Source of the DNA: Pseudomonadota bacterium
Lineage (GTDB): Bacteria; Pseudomonadota; Gammaproteobacteria; Burkholderiales; JAJZQI01
DNA: 64,000 nucleotides
NCBI GenBank assembly: GCA_021851875.1
Contig: JAJZQI010000005.1
Location: 399 to 64,398, forward strand
Direction of reading: 5' to 3'
Shown in pieces: positions 44,632 to 56,307 of this stretch. Made by a program: the position numbers and the translations under genes. The notes beneath the pieces are model-generated. The model worked only from the letters and a program-made list of their open reading frames with translations. It had not been told where the DNA came from and did not search any database. The number at the start of each line of letters is the position of its first letter. Position 1 is the first letter of the stretch.

Positions 44632-45525
44632 ATGGCGGAAATTACCGCAAGCATGGTGAAGGAACTGCGTGAGCGCACCGATGCGCCCATGATGGATTGC
44701 AAAAAAGCCCTGACCGAAGCCGCCGGCGACATGGACAAGGCAGAGGAAATTCTGCGCGTGCGCCTGGGCAACAAGGCCAGCAAGGCGGCGACCCGCGTGG
44801 CGGCTGAAGGCGTGGTGGCCATTTATGTGTCTGCCGATGGCAAACTGGGTTCCATCGTGGAAATGAACTCCGAAACCGACTTCGTGGCCAAGAACGACGA
44901 GTTCCTGGCCTTGGCCAAGAACATCGCCGAACTGGTGGCCGGGAACAATCCGGCTGACGTGGCCGCTATCGGCAATCTGCCGCTGGGCGAAGGCACCGTT
45001 GAATCCGTCCGTACCCAACTGGTGGGCAAGATTGGCGAGAATATGAGCATTCGCCGTTTCGTGCGTATCGAAGCTGCCGGCAAACTGGCCAGCTACGTCC
45101 ACGGCGGTTCCAAGATCGGTGTGCTGATCGACGTGACCGGCGACGAAGAACTGGCAAAAGACCTGGCCATGCACATCGCCGCCTCCAAGCCGGTTGCTCT
45201 GAGCAAGGAAGAAGTGTCCAACGACCTGATCGAAAAAGAACGCCGCGTGGCGATCGAAAAGGCCAAGGAAGCCGGCAAGCCGGAAGCCATGATCGAGAAA
45301 ATCGCTGACGGCAGCGTGCAGAAATTCCTGAAGGAAGTGACTCTGCTGGGTCAGCCGTTCGTGAAAGACGATAAGCAGACCGTTGAACAGGTTCTGAAAT
45401 CCAAGGGTTCTGCTGCCAACCGTTTCGTGCTGTACATCGTGGGTGAAGGTATCGAGAAGAAAAAAGACGACTTTGCCGCTGAAGTGGAAGCGCAAATGGC
45501 CCAGGCTCAGGCAGCCAAGGGTTAA
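44632..45525 (+). CDS. tsf: Elongation factor Ts
   Basis: [30 protein letters not shown]... Confidence 0.95.
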   Translation: MAEITASMVKELRERTDAPMMDCKKALTEAAGDMDKAEEILRVRLGNKASKAATRVAAEGVVAIYVSADGKLGSIVEMNSETDFVAKNDEFLALAKNIAELVAGNNPADVAAIGNLPLGEGTVESVRTQLVGKIGENMSIRRFVRIEAAGKLASYVHGGSKIGVLIDVTGDEELAKDLAMHIAASKPVALSKEEVSNDLIEKERRVAIEKAKEAGKPEAMIEKIADGSVQKFLKEVTLLGQPFVKDDKQTVEQVLKSKGSAANRFVLYIVGEGIEKKKDDFAAEVEAQMAQAQAAKG

Positions 45526-45543
45526 AAACGGCAAGCCGAACGA

Positions 45544-45570
45544 AAAAGGGAGGCTTGCCTCCCTTTTTTG
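45544..45570 (+). terminator. Rho-independent terminator after tsf
   Basis: AAAAAGGGAGGCTTGCCTCCCTTTTTT. Confidence 0.65.
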
Positions 45571-45680
45571 TACCCGGAATGATGTTTTCCTAAGCAGTTT
45601 GTATAGAATGGGAGGGGTTCTGTGAGGCTCCCCGGACAGACTGGTTGGGAAAAAATGATTCTAATGTGTGTGAGGTGAAC

Positions 45681-46400
45681 ATGTCTCAGGCGCCTGTGTA
45701 TAAGCGCATTTTGCTCAAGTTGAGCGGTGAAGCGCTGATGGGGGATGACAGCTACGGCATCAATCGTGCAGTGATTGAACGTATGGTGGCCGAAATCGGC
45801 GAAGTGGTGAAACTGGGGGTCCAGGTCGCCATCGTTATCGGCGGCGGAAATATTTTTCGCGGCGTTGCACCGGCCGCAGCCGGTATGGATCGCGCGACAG
45901 CGGACTACATGGGCATGCTGGCGACCGTCATGAATGCGCTGGCGCTGCAGGATGCCATGCGTCAGCAAGGCATTGTCAGCCGGGTACAGTCGGCGCTGAA
46001 CATCGAACAGGTTGCGGAACCCTATATTCGCGGCAAAGCCATGCGCTACCTGGAAGAAGGCAAGGTGGTGATTTTCGGTGCCGGCACCGGCAATCCCTTC
46101 TTCACTACTGACACGGCGGCTGCCCTGCGCGGCATGGAAATGAATGTTGACGTCATGCTCAAGGCCACCAAGGTGGACGGCGTCTATACCGACGATCCGA
46201 AAACGCATCCCGATGCCATGCGCTATCAGCGGCTCACGTTCGACGAGGCGATCGTCAAAAACCTCAAGGTGATGGATGCGACGGCGCTGACCTTATGCCG
46301 TGATCAGAAGCTGAATATCAAGGTCTTCAGTATTTTCAAGGAAGGCGCGCTGCAGCGCGTGGTTATGGGCGCGGATGAAGGCACACTGGTGACCTGCTGA
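45681..46400 (+). CDS. pyrH: UMP kinase
   Basis: [19 protein letters not shown]... GGGNIFRG motif. The ATG at 45681 is preferred over the upstream TTG. Confidence 0.9.
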   Translation: MSQAPVYKRILLKLSGEALMGDDSYGINRAVIERMVAEIGEVVKLGVQVAIVIGGGNIFRGVAPAAAGMDRATADYMGMLATVMNALALQDAMRQQGIVSRVQSALNIEQVAEPYIRGKAMRYLEEGKVVIFGAGTGNPFFTTDTAAALRGMEMNVDVMLKATKVDGVYTDDPKTHPDAMRYQRLTFDEAIVKNLKVMDATALTLCRDQKLNIKVFSIFKEGALQRVVMGADEGTLVTC

Positions 46401-46421
46401 TAACCGGGGAAGGAGAGAGCT

Positions 46422-46979
46422 ATGATAAGTGACGTTAAAAAGAACGCCGAACAAAAAATGCTGAAATCGATCGAGGCGCTGAAAACCGATCTGGGTAAGG
46501 TGCGTACCGGTCGTGCCCATACCGGCATTCTCGATCACGTGATGGTGGATTACTACGGCAGCCCGACGCCGGTTAACCAGGTGGCCAACGTGACTCTGGT
46601 CGACTCCCGCACGCTGGGCGTGGCGCCGTACGAGAAAAAACTGGCCGCGGCCATTGAAAAAGCCATCCGCGATTCCGATCTGGGCCTGAATCCGTCCTCC
46701 GTGGGCGATATCGTGCGCGTGCCGATGCCGGCCCTGACCGAAGAGCGGCGTAAAGACCTGATCAAAGTGGTGCGCGGTGAAGCGGAGAACTCCCGCGTGG
46801 CGATCCGTAACATCCGCCGCGATGCCAACAATCATCTGAAGGATTTGCTCAAAGACAAGGCCATCAGCGAGGATGAAGAACGCCGCGGTCAGGACGACAT
46901 TCAAAAGCTGACAGACAAATTCATTGCCGAAGTCGACAAGGTATTGCAAGCCAAGGAAGCGGATCTGATGGCAATCTGA
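46422..46979 (+). CDS. frr: Ribosome recycling factor
   Basis: 185 aa. Typical RRF blocks [20 protein letters not shown] and [11 protein letters not shown]. Confidence 0.95.
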   Translation: MISDVKKNAEQKMLKSIEALKTDLGKVRTGRAHTGILDHVMVDYYGSPTPVNQVANVTLVDSRTLGVAPYEKKLAAAIEKAIRDSDLGLNPSSVGDIVRVPMPALTEERRKDLIKVVRGEAENSRVAIRNIRRDANNHLKDLLKDKAISEDEERRGQDDIQKLTDKFIAEVDKVLQAKEADLMAI

Positions 46980-46995
46980 TTGCCAGACGCCCTAT

Positions 46996-47754
46996 ATGCC
47001 GATATTTCAGAGTTCCACCCAGGCCGTGCCTGACCAGCATGATATGCCGGAGCATGTGGCGATCATCATGGATGGCAACGGCCGCTGGGCAAAGAAGCGG
47101 TTCTTGCCGCGGGTTGCCGGCCATCAGCGCGGGGTCGAGTCGGTTCGTTCCGTCATCAAGGCGTGCGTGAAACGTGGCGTCAAATACCTGACGCTGTTTG
47201 CCTTTTCCAGTGAAAACTGGCGCCGGCCGCAGGACGAAGTATCCTGGCTTATGCAGCTGTTCATGAAAGCGTTGGAACGTGAGGTCGGCAAGCTGCATGA
47301 AAACGGCATTCGTCTCAAGGTGATTGGCGACCGCAGCCGTTTCGATGCCAAACTGAATGCACTGATCGATGCGGCGGAAGCGCGCACGGCCGACAATTCC
47401 ATTCTGACCCTGACCATCGCAGCCAATTACGGCGGTCGCTGGGATATCGTGCAGGCGATGAACCGGCTGCTCAAGGAACAGCCGGAGGCGGGCACAGCCG
47501 GAGTCGACGAAAGCGCGCTGGCGTCGTATCTGTCCATGGCCTATGCGCCCGAACCGGATTTGTTCATCCGTACCGGCGGGGAACAGCGCATCAGCAATTT
47601 CCTGCTGTGGCAACTTGCCTATACCGAGTTCTATTTTACCGAAACGCTTTGGCCCGATTTTGACTCGCGCGCCCTTGACCGGGCGATCCATTCCTATCAG
47701 AAGCGCGAACGCCGTTTCGGCAGGACCAGTGAACAGTTGGTAGACAATGCTTAA
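46996..47754 (+). CDS. uppS: Undecaprenyl-diphosphate synthase (isoprenyl transferase)
   Basis: [13 protein letters not shown]... [11 protein letters not shown]... [15 protein letters not shown]. Confidence 0.9.
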   Translation: MPIFQSSTQAVPDQHDMPEHVAIIMDGNGRWAKKRFLPRVAGHQRGVESVRSVIKACVKRGVKYLTLFAFSSENWRRPQDEVSWLMQLFMKALEREVGKLHENGIRLKVIGDRSRFDAKLNALIDAAEARTADNSILTLTIAANYGGRWDIVQAMNRLLKEQPEAGTAGVDESALASYLSMAYAPEPDLFIRTGGEQRISNFLLWQLAYTEFYFTETLWPDFDSRALDRAIHSYQKRERRFGRTSEQLVDNA

Positions 47755-48550
47755 AACCCGTCTTATCACGGCCTTCGTTCTGTTGGCCGTTTTTTTCGTC
47801 ATTCTTTTCCTGTTGCCGTCCTGGGCATGGTCCGTCGCCCTGGCATTGGTTGTCTGGAGCGGTGCAGGTGAGTGGGCGCGTCTGGCGGGATTGCCGGCGT
47901 CACTGGCCTGGATATATCGCGCAGGTGTTTTGCTGGGCGGCTGTGTCCTGTTGCCCCAGTTCAGTTTGGCCGCCAGCGGGCCGCTGTTTCTGCTGAGTCT
48001 GGCCTTGTGGGTCATCGGTGTTCCCTGGTGGCTTGGACGAGCGCGCCATGTTCAAAGTCCCTTCATCATGGCCATCACCGGCTGGCTGCTGCTGGTGCCG
48101 ACATGGGTCGCCCTTGTTGAGCTGCGCGAAGCGGGGCAGGGGCTGGTGCTGGCAACGCTGGGTCTGGTGTGGATTGCCGACAGTTCGGCTTATTTTGCCG
48201 GGCGCGCGTTTGGCAAACATAAACTGGCGCCGTCGATCAGTCCGGGGAAAACCTGGGAAGGGGTGGCGGGGGCCATGCTGGCCGTGAGCATTTATATGAT
48301 CATCCTGATGCAGACGGGTGCTTTTGGCGTGGCCGCCCATATCAAGCAAGGTCTGGCCGTGGCATTGCCGCTGGCATGGGGGCTGACGGCGCTGGGTATT
48401 GTGGGCGATTTGTTCGAGTCGTGGATCAAGCGTTGCGCCGGGGTGAAAGACAGCGGCACGCTGTTGCCCGGGCACGGTGGCGTGCTGGACCGTATCGATG
48501 CATTGACGGCGGTCATGCCGTTGGCTGCGTTGGCGCTGTTGTTGAGCTGA
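47747..48550 (+). CDS. cdsA: Phosphatidate cytidylyltransferase
   Basis: Polytopic, with the C-terminal signature [27 protein letters not shown]. Confidence 0.85.
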   Translation: MLKTRLITAFVLLAVFFVILFLLPSWAWSVALALVVWSGAGEWARLAGLPASLAWIYRAGVLLGGCVLLPQFSLAASGPLFLLSLALWVIGVPWWLGRARHVQSPFIMAITGWLLLVPTWVALVELREAGQGLVLATLGLVWIADSSAYFAGRAFGKHKLAPSISPGKTWEGVAGAMLAVSIYMIILMQTGAFGVAAHIKQGLAVALPLAWGLTALGIVGDLFESWIKRCAGVKDSGTLLPGHGGVLDRIDALTAVMPLAALALLLS

Positions 48551-48576
48551 TTAATATTACTGTGGGGCGCGTCATC

Positions 48577-49782
48577 ATGTCCGCATCTGTTAAACAAAAA
48601 GTGACTGTGCTGGGAGCAACCGGAACAATCGGCGTCAATACGCTCGACGTGATCAGTCGCCATCCGGACGCCTTCGAAGTGGTGGCGCTGACGGGCAATG
48701 GGCAGGTCGAGCGGCTGTCGCAACAATGCATCCGCTTCAATCCCCGCTACGCCGTCGTGCTGCAGGAATCGGCGGCCGAGCAATTGCGTGCTCTGCTGGC
48801 AAAAGCCGGCTGCCAGACAGAAGTGCTGTGCGGCGTGGAAGCGCTGGAGCATGTTTCCTCCCTGCCGGAAGTGGACAGCGTGATGGCGGCCATTGTCGGC
48901 GCCGCCGGTTTGCGGCCTTCGCTGGCTGCGGCCCGCGCCGGCAAACGTGTATTGCTGGCCAACAAGGAGACACTGGTGATGTCCGGCCGGCTGTTCATGG
49001 ATGCTCTGCACCAGAACGGTGCAGTCTTGCTGCCGATCGACAGCGAACACAACGCCATTTTCCAGGCCTTGCCGCGTGACTACGACGGCGACATGGCCCG
49101 CTCCGGCGTCAGCAAAATTCTGCTGACCGCCTCCGGCGGCCCGTTCCGCCGCACTCCGGTGGAAGAGCTGAAACAGGTGACGCCGGAGCAGGCTTGCGCT
49201 CATCCGAACTGGGTGATGGGGCGCAAGATTTCGGTCGATTCGGCCACGATGATGAACAAGGGTCTGGAGGTGATCGAGGCGCACTGGCTGTTCAATGTGC
49301 CCGGCAAGGATATCCAGGTCGTCATCCATCCGCAGAGCGTCATTCATTCGCTGGTGCAGTATGTCGACGGCTCCGTGCTGGCGCAATTGGGCAACCCGGA
49401 TATGCGCACGCCGATCGCCTATGCGCTCGGGTACCCCGAACGGATCGATGCGGGCGTGGCGCCGCTTGACCTGTTCAAGATAGCGCAACTGAATTTCGAA
49501 GCGCCCGATCTGACGCGTTTCCCTTGCCTGCGATTGGCTTTCGAAGCGCTTGAGCGGGGCGGTTCAGCGCCGGCCATCCTGAATGCCGCCAACGAAGTGG
49601 CGGTCGCTGCTTTCCTGGATCGGCGCCTGGCCTTCACCGACATTGCCCGCCTGAATGAAGACGTGTTGCAGGCAGTCGGCGTCAATTCGGCCGCGACGCT
49701 GGAAGAGGTGATTGCGGCCGACCAGCAGGCCCGCGCGACGGCGCAGGCCTGGCTTGACCGCAGCGGGATACAGGCCGCCTGA
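48577..49782 (+). CDS. dxr: 1-deoxy-D-xylulose-5-phosphate reductoisomerase
   Basis: Start at [27 protein letters not shown] and [23 protein letters not shown] motifs. The upstream ORF-track extension overlaps cdsA and is rejected. Confidence 0.9.
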   Translation: MSASVKQKVTVLGATGTIGVNTLDVISRHPDAFEVVALTGNGQVERLSQQCIRFNPRYAVVLQESAAEQLRALLAKAGCQTEVLCGVEALEHVSSLPEVDSVMAAIVGAAGLRPSLAAARAGKRVLLANKETLVMSGRLFMDALHQNGAVLLPIDSEHNAIFQALPRDYDGDMARSGVSKILLTASGGPFRRTPVEELKQVTPEQACAHPNWVMGRKISVDSATMMNKGLEVIEAHWLFNVPGKDIQVVIHPQSVIHSLVQYVDGSVLAQLGNPDMRTPIAYALGYPERIDAGVAPLDLFKIAQLNFEAPDLTRFPCLRLAFEALERGGSAPAILNAANEVAVAAFLDRRLAFTDIARLNEDVLQAVGVNSAATLEEVIAADQQARATAQAWLDRSGIQAA

Positions 49783-51161
49783 TGGCAGCGCTGCAGACGA
49801 TTCTTGCCTTCCTGGTCATGATTGGCTTGGTGATTACCCTGCATGAGTGGGGTCATTATCGTATGGCCAAGGCTTTCAACATCAAGATCAAGCGTTTCTC
49901 CATCGGCTTTGGCAAGCCGCTGTGGCGTACCTTGCGCGGGCCTGATCGGACGGAATTTGTCCTGTCGATGATTCCGCTGGGCGGCTACGTGCAAATGCTG
50001 GATGAGCGCGAAGGTCCGGTTGCGCCGGAAGAGGCTGTGCGCGCCTTCAATCGCCAATCCGTATTCAAACGCTTTGCCGTGGTCGCCGCCGGACCGCTGG
50101 TCAACTTGCTGCTGGCCGTGTTGCTCTTCTGGGGCATTCTTTATTTTCATGGTGAGCAGGATATCCAGACTGTCATTGCGGCGCCTGATGCCGGTACACG
50201 GGCTGCTGCAGCGGGTTTGCACGAGCGGGACCGCGTCATTGCGGTAGCCGGCCTGCCGGTGACGCATTGGAGTCAACTGCATGAGCGGCTGGTCGATGCG
50301 GTGGTCGGCGCTAGCGTCATTCCCATCGCAGTACGTGATGCACAAGGCCGCGAGCGAACATTGTCGCTTGATCTGAGCGGGTTCAATGATGGCGAACTGG
50401 GGCGAGAAACCTTTGCCAGAATCGGGCTGACGCCTTATTTCCCTCCTATTCCGCCGGTCGTAAGTACGCTTGAAGCAGCAGGCCCGGCCGAGCGGGGCGG
50501 CTTGGCGGCGGGTGACAGGGTGCTGTCTGTAAACGGCAATGGCGTGAACGATTTTAAGCAGATAGCGGATATTGTTAAGGTAAATCCTGACCAATTGCTG
50601 CATTTCGTGGTCGAGCGTTCAGGCAGCCGGGTCCAGTTGAATATCACCCCCGCGCGGCACAAGCTGAGCGACGGCGATTATATCGGCCGCATCGGCGCCG
50701 GTCCGGATGCGGGCGTCGTTTCGGCGCTGCTGGATACATACCGGGTTAATCTGACTTATTCGGCCGTCGGCGCGGCGCAGGAGTCTTTGCGCAAGTCGGG
50801 CGAGATGATTGCGATGACGTTGCGGGTACTGGGCAAAATGTTGACCGGCTCGTTTTCCGTACGCAATTTGTCCGGGCCGCTCACCATGGCGGACTATGCC
50901 GGCGAAACGGCGCGGATTGGCTTGATTGCCTTTCTCGGATATGTTGCCGTAGTCAGCCTGAATATCGGGCTGTTCAATCTTTTTCCAATTCCCTTACTCG
51001 ACGGGGGACACCTGATGTATTATACGGTCGAGATGATAACCGGCGCCCCAGTTTCCGAGCGTGTGATGGAAATCGGACAGCGGATCGGCATTGCGGTATT
51101 GGCAACGCTGATGGGGGTGGCCATTTATAACGATATCAGCCGGATTTTCACGGCCTCTTGA
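49782..51161 (+). CDS. rseP: RIP zinc metalloprotease RseP
   Basis: HEWGH zinc motif, PDZ regions and the C-terminal NLFPIPLLDGGH. Confidence 0.9.
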   Translation: MAALQTILAFLVMIGLVITLHEWGHYRMAKAFNIKIKRFSIGFGKPLWRTLRGPDRTEFVLSMIPLGGYVQMLDEREGPVAPEEAVRAFNRQSVFKRFAVVAAGPLVNLLLAVLLFWGILYFHGEQDIQTVIAAPDAGTRAAAAGLHERDRVIAVAGLPVTHWSQLHERLVDAVVGASVIPIAVRDAQGRERTLSLDLSGFNDGELGRETFARIGLTPYFPPIPPVVSTLEAAGPAERGGLAAGDRVLSVNGNGVNDFKQIADIVKVNPDQLLHFVVERSGSRVQLNITPARHKLSDGDYIGRIGAGPDAGVVSALLDTYRVNLTYSAVGAAQESLRKSGEMIAMTLRVLGKMLTGSFSVRNLSGPLTMADYAGETARIGLIAFLGYVAVVSLNIGLFNLFPIPLLDGGHLMYYTVEMITGAPVSERVMEIGQRIGIAVLATLMGVAIYNDISRIFTAS

Positions 51162-51169
51162 GTAGTCAC

Positions 51170-53464
51170 ATGAAGCGTAAGCTAATTCCCGCCATTATTG
51201 CTGGTCTTTTCGCAGTTCCCGCCTGGGCGATGGAGCCCTTTGTCATCAAGGACATCCGTGTCGAAGGTATTCAGCGTACCGAGGCCGGCACCGTGTTCAG
51301 CTATCTGCCGGTCAAAGTGGGCGATACACTCGATGACAAACGCGCCTCTGAGGCCATCAAGGCGCTCTATGCGACAGGCTTCTTCAAAGACGTCAATCTT
51401 GAAGTGCAGGGAGACGTGCTGATCGTCAATGTGGCTGAACGGCCGGCCATTGCGGAAATTACCTTCAACGGTCTGAAGGAATTCAATAAGGATCAGCTGA
51501 AAGACAGTTTCAAGCAGATCGGTTTGGCCGAATCCAGGATTCTCGACCGTTCCGTGCTCGACAAAGCCGAGCAGGAAATGAAGCGCCAGTACTTCAGCCG
51601 GGGTAAATATGCCGTCGATATCAAAACCACGGTGACTCCCTTGGAGCGCAATCGCGTGGCGATTACCTTTGATGTCAACGAAGGTGACGTGGCCAAGATC
51701 AAGCAAATCCACATTATCGGCGCCAAGGCCTTCAAAGAAAGCGATTTGCTGGACATGTTCGCGCAGGGCACATCCAATTGGCTGTCCTGGTATACCAAGA
51801 ATGACCAGTACTCGAAACAGAAACTGCAAGGCGACCTGGAAAACCTGCGTTCCTTTTATCTGAATCGCGGCTATCTCGAATTCGCCATCAATTCGACGCA
51901 AGTCTCGATTTCCCCCGACAAGCGCGACATTTATGTCACCTTGGGTATTACCGAAGGGGAAAAATACACCGTTACCGGTATCAATATGGGGGGTAAATTC
52001 CCCGTGCCGGAAGACGATTTGCGCAAGCTGATCACGCTCAAATCCAGCGATGCCTTCTCGCGCGAAAAACTGACCGCCTCGACCAAGGCCATCGCCGATC
52101 GCTTGGGTGAAGACGGTTACGCGTTTGCCAACGTCAACGCTGCGCCGGAACTGGATAAGGAAAAACACGAAGTCTCATTCACCTTCCTGGTTGATCCGGG
52201 GCGGAGAACGTATGTGCGCCATATCAACGTGACGGGCAACACCAAAACCCGCGATGAAGTGGTGCGGCGTGAATTCCGCCAGATGGAAAATGCGTGGTAC
52301 TCCAACAAGAAAATCGACCAGTCGAAGACCCGTTTGAACCGACTCGGTTTCTTTTCCGATGTGAATCTGGAAACCCCCGCTGTGACCGGCACAACCGACC
52401 AGGTTGACCTGAATGTCAATGTCGCCGAAAAACCGACCGGCTCGATCATGCTGGGTGCGGGTTACTCCAGTTCGGAAGGTTTCATTCTGTCGGGTTCCGT
52501 CTCCCAGAACAACGTGTTCGGTTCCGGTAATCAGCTGGCTTTGCAGCTTAATTCCGGCCGGGTGAACAAGGTTTATTCGCTTTCCTACACCAATCCGTAT
52601 TTCACACCCGATGGCGTGAGCCTGGGTTACGACGTGTACCAGCGCAACGTGGATACAACCATGCTGCAAACTGCGCCCTATACGAGCCACACAACCGGAG
52701 GCGGGGCACGTCTGGGTGTGCCGTTCACCGAAGTCGACACGGTATTCTTCGGTCTGTCGGCGGAGGCCACCGCGATTGGCGTGACCTCAACCAGTCCGCA
52801 GCGCTATATCGATTTTGTGAACCAGTTCGGCAACCGCAATACAACGGTGATCGGCAGCGTCGGTTGGGCGCGTGACGAACGTGACAGCCTGTTGTATCCG
52901 ACCAAGGGCACCTACCAGCGTTTCGGCACCGAGTGGGGCATGCCGGTTGGCGATATCCAATACTACAAAGCCAGCTATCAGCGCCAGTGGTTCTATCCCT
53001 TGTCGCAAACATTCACTTTGATGCTTAACGGCGAGTTGGGCATGGCATCGGGCATGAATGGTCAACCCTTGCCGTTCTACAAGAGTTTCTACGCGGGCGG
53101 CAACACGTCCGTGCGCGGGTTCGACAATGCTACTATCGGTCCGAAGGACTACAATGGCCTGGCTTTGGGCGGGACGAAACGGGTTGTTGTCAACGCCGAG
53201 CTGTTTTTCCCGTTCCCCGGCATGCATACGGATAAATCGGTGCGCATGAGCGCATTTGTCGATGCCGGTGGCGTTTGGGGGCCGGGGGATTATCTGGGCC
53301 GCTACGTCGATGTCGACGGGAAGGATTTGCGTTATTCCGCGGGTGTCGGCGTGAGCTGGTTGTCGCCGGTCGGCCCGCTGCGCTTCAGTCTGGCCACACC
53401 GCTCAAGAAAGCGGCGGATGATCGCACGCAACGTTTCCAGTTCATGCTGGGAACGACATTCTGA
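51170..53464 (+). CDS. bamA: Outer-membrane protein assembly factor BamA
   Basis: Signal peptide MKRKLIPAIIAGLFAVPAWA. POTRA repeats (IKDIRVEGIQRTE...). Beta-barrel ending ...FQFMLGTTF. Confidence 0.9.
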   Translation: MKRKLIPAIIAGLFAVPAWAMEPFVIKDIRVEGIQRTEAGTVFSYLPVKVGDTLDDKRASEAIKALYATGFFKDVNLEVQGDVLIVNVAERPAIAEITFNGLKEFNKDQLKDSFKQIGLAESRILDRSVLDKAEQEMKRQYFSRGKYAVDIKTTVTPLERNRVAITFDVNEGDVAKIKQIHIIGAKAFKESDLLDMFAQGTSNWLSWYTKNDQYSKQKLQGDLENLRSFYLNRGYLEFAINSTQVSISPDKRDIYVTLGITEGEKYTVTGINMGGKFPVPEDDLRKLITLKSSDAFSREKLTASTKAIADRLGEDGYAFANVNAAPELDKEKHEVSFTFLVDPGRRTYVRHINVTGNTKTRDEVVRREFRQMENAWYSNKKIDQSKTRLNRLGFFSDVNLETPAVTGTTDQVDLNVNVAEKPTGSIMLGAGYSSSEGFILSGSVSQNNVFGSGNQLALQLNSGRVNKVYSLSYTNPYFTPDGVSLGYDVYQRNVDTTMLQTAPYTSHTTGGGARLGVPFTEVDTVFFGLSAEATAIGVTSTSPQRYIDFVNQFGNRNTTVIGSVGWARDERDSLLYPTKGTYQRFGTEWGMPVGDIQYYKASYQRQWFYPLSQTFTLMLNGELGMASGMNGQPLPFYKSFYAGGNTSVRGFDNATIGPKDYNGLALGGTKRVVVNAELFFPFPGMHTDKSVRMSAFVDAGGVWGPGDYLGRYVDVDGKDLRYSAGVGVSWLSPVGPLRFSLATPLKKAADDRTQRFQFMLGTTF

Positions 53465-53511
53465 GATTGCGGCAGTACAAGTGAAGTTGTCTGAAGGACA
53501 GGAGAGAGAAC

Positions 53512-54012
53512 GTGCGTAAGTGGATTATTACGGCAGCCGCATTGGTTGCAATGCAGTTGCCTGTGGCCGCTATGGCCGATACCAAGATTGGTTTTGTCAA
53601 TACCGATCGGATTTTCCGCGAGGCGGCGCCTGCGCTCAAGGCGCAAAAAAAGCTGGAAAAGGAATTTGCGTCGCGCGAACAGGATTTGCAAAAAATGGCC
53701 AAGCAGGCGCGCGATCTTCAGGCGCAATTGGAAAAAGACGGCGTGACCATGAGCGACACGGATCGCCATAACAAGGAACGCGATTTGGCGAACCTGAATC
53801 GCGAGTTCCAGCGCGCCCAAAGAGAATTCCGTGAGGATTTGAACTTGCGTCGCAATGAAGAACTTGCGTCCGTACAAGATCGCGCCAACAAGGTTATCCA
53901 AGGTATCGCCGAAACGGAAAAATATGATCTGATCCTGCAGGAAGCTGTCTATTTCAGTCCGCGCATCGACATTACCGACAAGGTATTGAAGGCGCTCGCT
54001 AACGACAAGTAA
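53512..54012 (+). CDS. skp: Periplasmic chaperone Skp (OmpH family)
   Basis: GTG start, signal peptide and a coiled-coil-rich 166 aa. Sits at the canonical position after bamA. Confidence 0.8.
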   Translation: MRKWIITAAALVAMQLPVAAMADTKIGFVNTDRIFREAAPALKAQKKLEKEFASREQDLQKMAKQARDLQAQLEKDGVTMSDTDRHNKERDLANLNREFQRAQREFREDLNLRRNEELASVQDRANKVIQGIAETEKYDLILQEAVYFSPRIDITDKVLKALANDK

Positions 54013-54026
54013 TTGCAGGACATTGT

Positions 54027-55055
54027 ATGCAACTGGCGGAGTTGGCCCGCCTGCTGGGGGAGTCCCTGGTAGGTGACGGGTCTGTTGAAATCCATCAAGT
54101 GGCCAGTCTGGAGGATGCCCAGGCTGGCCAATTATCTTTCCTGACCGCGGCAAAATATCGTAAACAACTGGACAAGACGCATGCCAGTGCCGTCATTTTG
54201 CATCCCGATTTGCAGGAAGTGACGCGCTTGCCGCGCATTTTGTCACGCAATCCCTACGCCTGTTACGCCAAGGCGACCGCCTTGTTGAATCCGCGCCAGC
54301 GTCAGGCGCCGGGAATTCATTCCTCTGCCGTTGTTTCTCCGGATGCCCACATCGATCCGTCGGCCAGCATCGGCCCGCTGGTGTCCATTGCCGCCGGGGC
54401 CCGTGTCGGTGTCAATGCGACCGTGATGGCCGGCTGTCATCTGGCTGAAAATGTATCGATCGGGGATGACAGCCTGCTGTACCCGAATGTGACTGTTTAT
54501 CATGCCTGTCAGATTGGCAAACGGGCCATCATTCACTCCGGGGCGGTGATCGGCGCGGATGGTTTCGGCTTTGCCAATGAACACGGCAAGTGGCTGAAAA
54601 TCCCGCAAATCGGTCGGGTGGTCATCGGCAACGATGTCGAAATCGGCGCCAATACCACCGTTGATCGAGGCGCATTGAGCGATACGGTTGTGGGAGACGG
54701 GGTAAAGCTCGATAACCAGATCATGATCGCCCACAATGTCCGCCTTGGAGAAAATGTCGCCATGGCAGGATGTACCGGCGTGGCCGGCAGCGCGGTTATC
54801 GGCGCAGGCAGTACGGTTGGGGGCGGCGGCATGATCCTGGGACACTTGTCCCTGGCGGAGGGCGTGCACGTGACTGCCGGTACCTTCGTCACGAAATCCA
54901 TCGACGAAGCCGGAACATATTCATCAGCCATGCCGTTCATGGAGCATCGGGCATGGCTGCGTACTGCGGCCAACATGAAGCGCATCGATGAGCTGCTCGC
55001 GCGTGTTGGCGAACTGGAAAAAATGTTGGAATCATTGAAAGGAAGTAAGGCGTGA
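54027..55055 (+). CDS. lpxD: UDP-3-O-acylglucosamine N-acyltransferase
   Basis: Left-handed beta-helix hexapeptide repeats, at the canonical position. Confidence 0.9.
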   Translation: MQLAELARLLGESLVGDGSVEIHQVASLEDAQAGQLSFLTAAKYRKQLDKTHASAVILHPDLQEVTRLPRILSRNPYACYAKATALLNPRQRQAPGIHSSAVVSPDAHIDPSASIGPLVSIAAGARVGVNATVMAGCHLAENVSIGDDSLLYPNVTVYHACQIGKRAIIHSGAVIGADGFGFANEHGKWLKIPQIGRVVIGNDVEIGANTTVDRGALSDTVVGDGVKLDNQIMIAHNVRLGENVAMAGCTGVAGSAVIGAGSTVGGGGMILGHLSLAEGVHVTAGTFVTKSIDEAGTYSSAMPFMEHRAWLRTAANMKRIDELLARVGELEKMLESLKGSKA

Positions 55056-55504
55056 GCGAACAGAGCATGATGGATATTCATCAGATTTTGAAATACCTGC
55101 CGCATCGGTATCCGTTCCTGCTGGTCGATCGCGTGCTCGAATGCGAGCCTGGAAAGCGAATCAGTGCAATCAAGAACGTAACCATCAACGAGCCGTTCTT
55201 CCCCGGCCACTTTCCGCACCATCCGGTCATGCCGGGCGTATTGATCATCGAGGCCCTGGCGCAAACGGCTGCGATATTGTCTTTTAAAACGATGAATTCA
55301 TTGCCGGACGATCAATCGGTGTACTACTTTGTCGGCATCGACAATGCGCGCTTCAAGCGTCCGGTCGGTCCCGGCGATCAGCTGGTGCTGAACGTTGAAA
55401 TCGCCCGCACGGTGAAGGGCATCTGGAAATACACCGCCCAGGCGCTGGTGGACGGCAAGGTGGTCACCGAAGCCGAACTCATGTGTACTCTCAAGGCGCT
55501 GTGA
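55052..55504 (+). CDS. fabZ: 3-hydroxyacyl-ACP dehydratase FabZ
   Basis: [13 protein letters not shown] ... [21 protein letters not shown]. Confidence 0.9.
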   Translation: MSEQSMMDIHQILKYLPHRYPFLLVDRVLECEPGKRISAIKNVTINEPFFPGHFPHHPVMPGVLIIEALAQTAAILSFKTMNSLPDDQSVYYFVGIDNARFKRPVGPGDQLVLNVEIARTVKGIWKYTAQALVDGKVVTEAELMCTLKAL

Positions 55505-55509
55505 TCGCA

Positions 55510-56289
55510 ATGAATGAACTGATTCATCCAACTGCCATCATCGCCGCGGGCGCGAAAATCGCCGGCGGGGTGAGCATCGGCCCCTATGCGGTCATCGGCG
55601 AGCATGTTGAAATCGGCGAAAACACCAGCATTGGCGCCCACGCCGTTATCACCGGACACACAAAAATAGGGGCGGATAACCGCATTTTCCAATTTGTCTC
55701 TCTGGGCGAGATTCCGCAAGACAAAAAATACGCCGGGGAACCGACTCGTCTGGAAATCGGCGATCGCAATACCATTCGGGAATTTTGCACCTTCAACTGC
55801 GGCACGATCCAGGATGGCGGGGTGACGCGCATCGGCAATGACAACTGGATCATGGCTTATGTACACATCGCGCATGACTGCATGGTCGGCAACGGCACTA
55901 TTTTTGCCAATAACGCTTCCATCGCCGGCCACGTTGAGGTGCATGATCACGCCATTCTGGGTGGTTTTACCGTGGCGCATCAATTCTGCAAAATCGGCGC
56001 TCATGTCATTACCGGCATGGGGACGATTACTTTCAAGGATATTCCGCCTTATGTCACGGCGGCCGGCCATGAGGCCAAGCCTTACGGCATCAATTCCGAA
56101 GGCTTGAAACGGCGGGGTTTCTCGCCCGAAGCGATTGCCGGCATCAAGCGGGCTTATAAAACGCTGTATCGTCAGGGCCTGGGCGTGGCGGAAGCCACTG
56201 AAGCATTGCAGGAACAAGCAAAAGATCAGGCGGAAGTGGGGCTGCTGGTCGATTTCCTGGCTCGTAGCACGCGCGGCATTATTCGATAA
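55510..56289 (+). CDS. lpxA: Acyl-ACP--UDP-N-acetylglucosamine O-acyltransferase
   Basis: MNELIHPTAII... hexapeptide repeats. The ATG at 55510 is preferred over the upstream start that overlaps fabZ. Confidence 0.9.
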   Translation: MNELIHPTAIIAAGAKIAGGVSIGPYAVIGEHVEIGENTSIGAHAVITGHTKIGADNRIFQFVSLGEIPQDKKYAGEPTRLEIGDRNTIREFCTFNCGTIQDGGVTRIGNDNWIMAYVHIAHDCMVGNGTIFANNASIAGHVEVHDHAILGGFTVAHQFCKIGAHVITGMGTITFKDIPPYVTAAGHEAKPYGINSEGLKRRGFSPEAIAGIKRAYKTLYRQGLGVAEATEALQEQAKDQAEVGLLVDFLARSTRGIIR

Positions 56290-56307
56290 TTCAAAAGAAG
56301 CGCTGTC

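Noticed and set aside
44560-45534. 324-aa minus-strand ORF
   Set aside because: It lies antisense to tsf.
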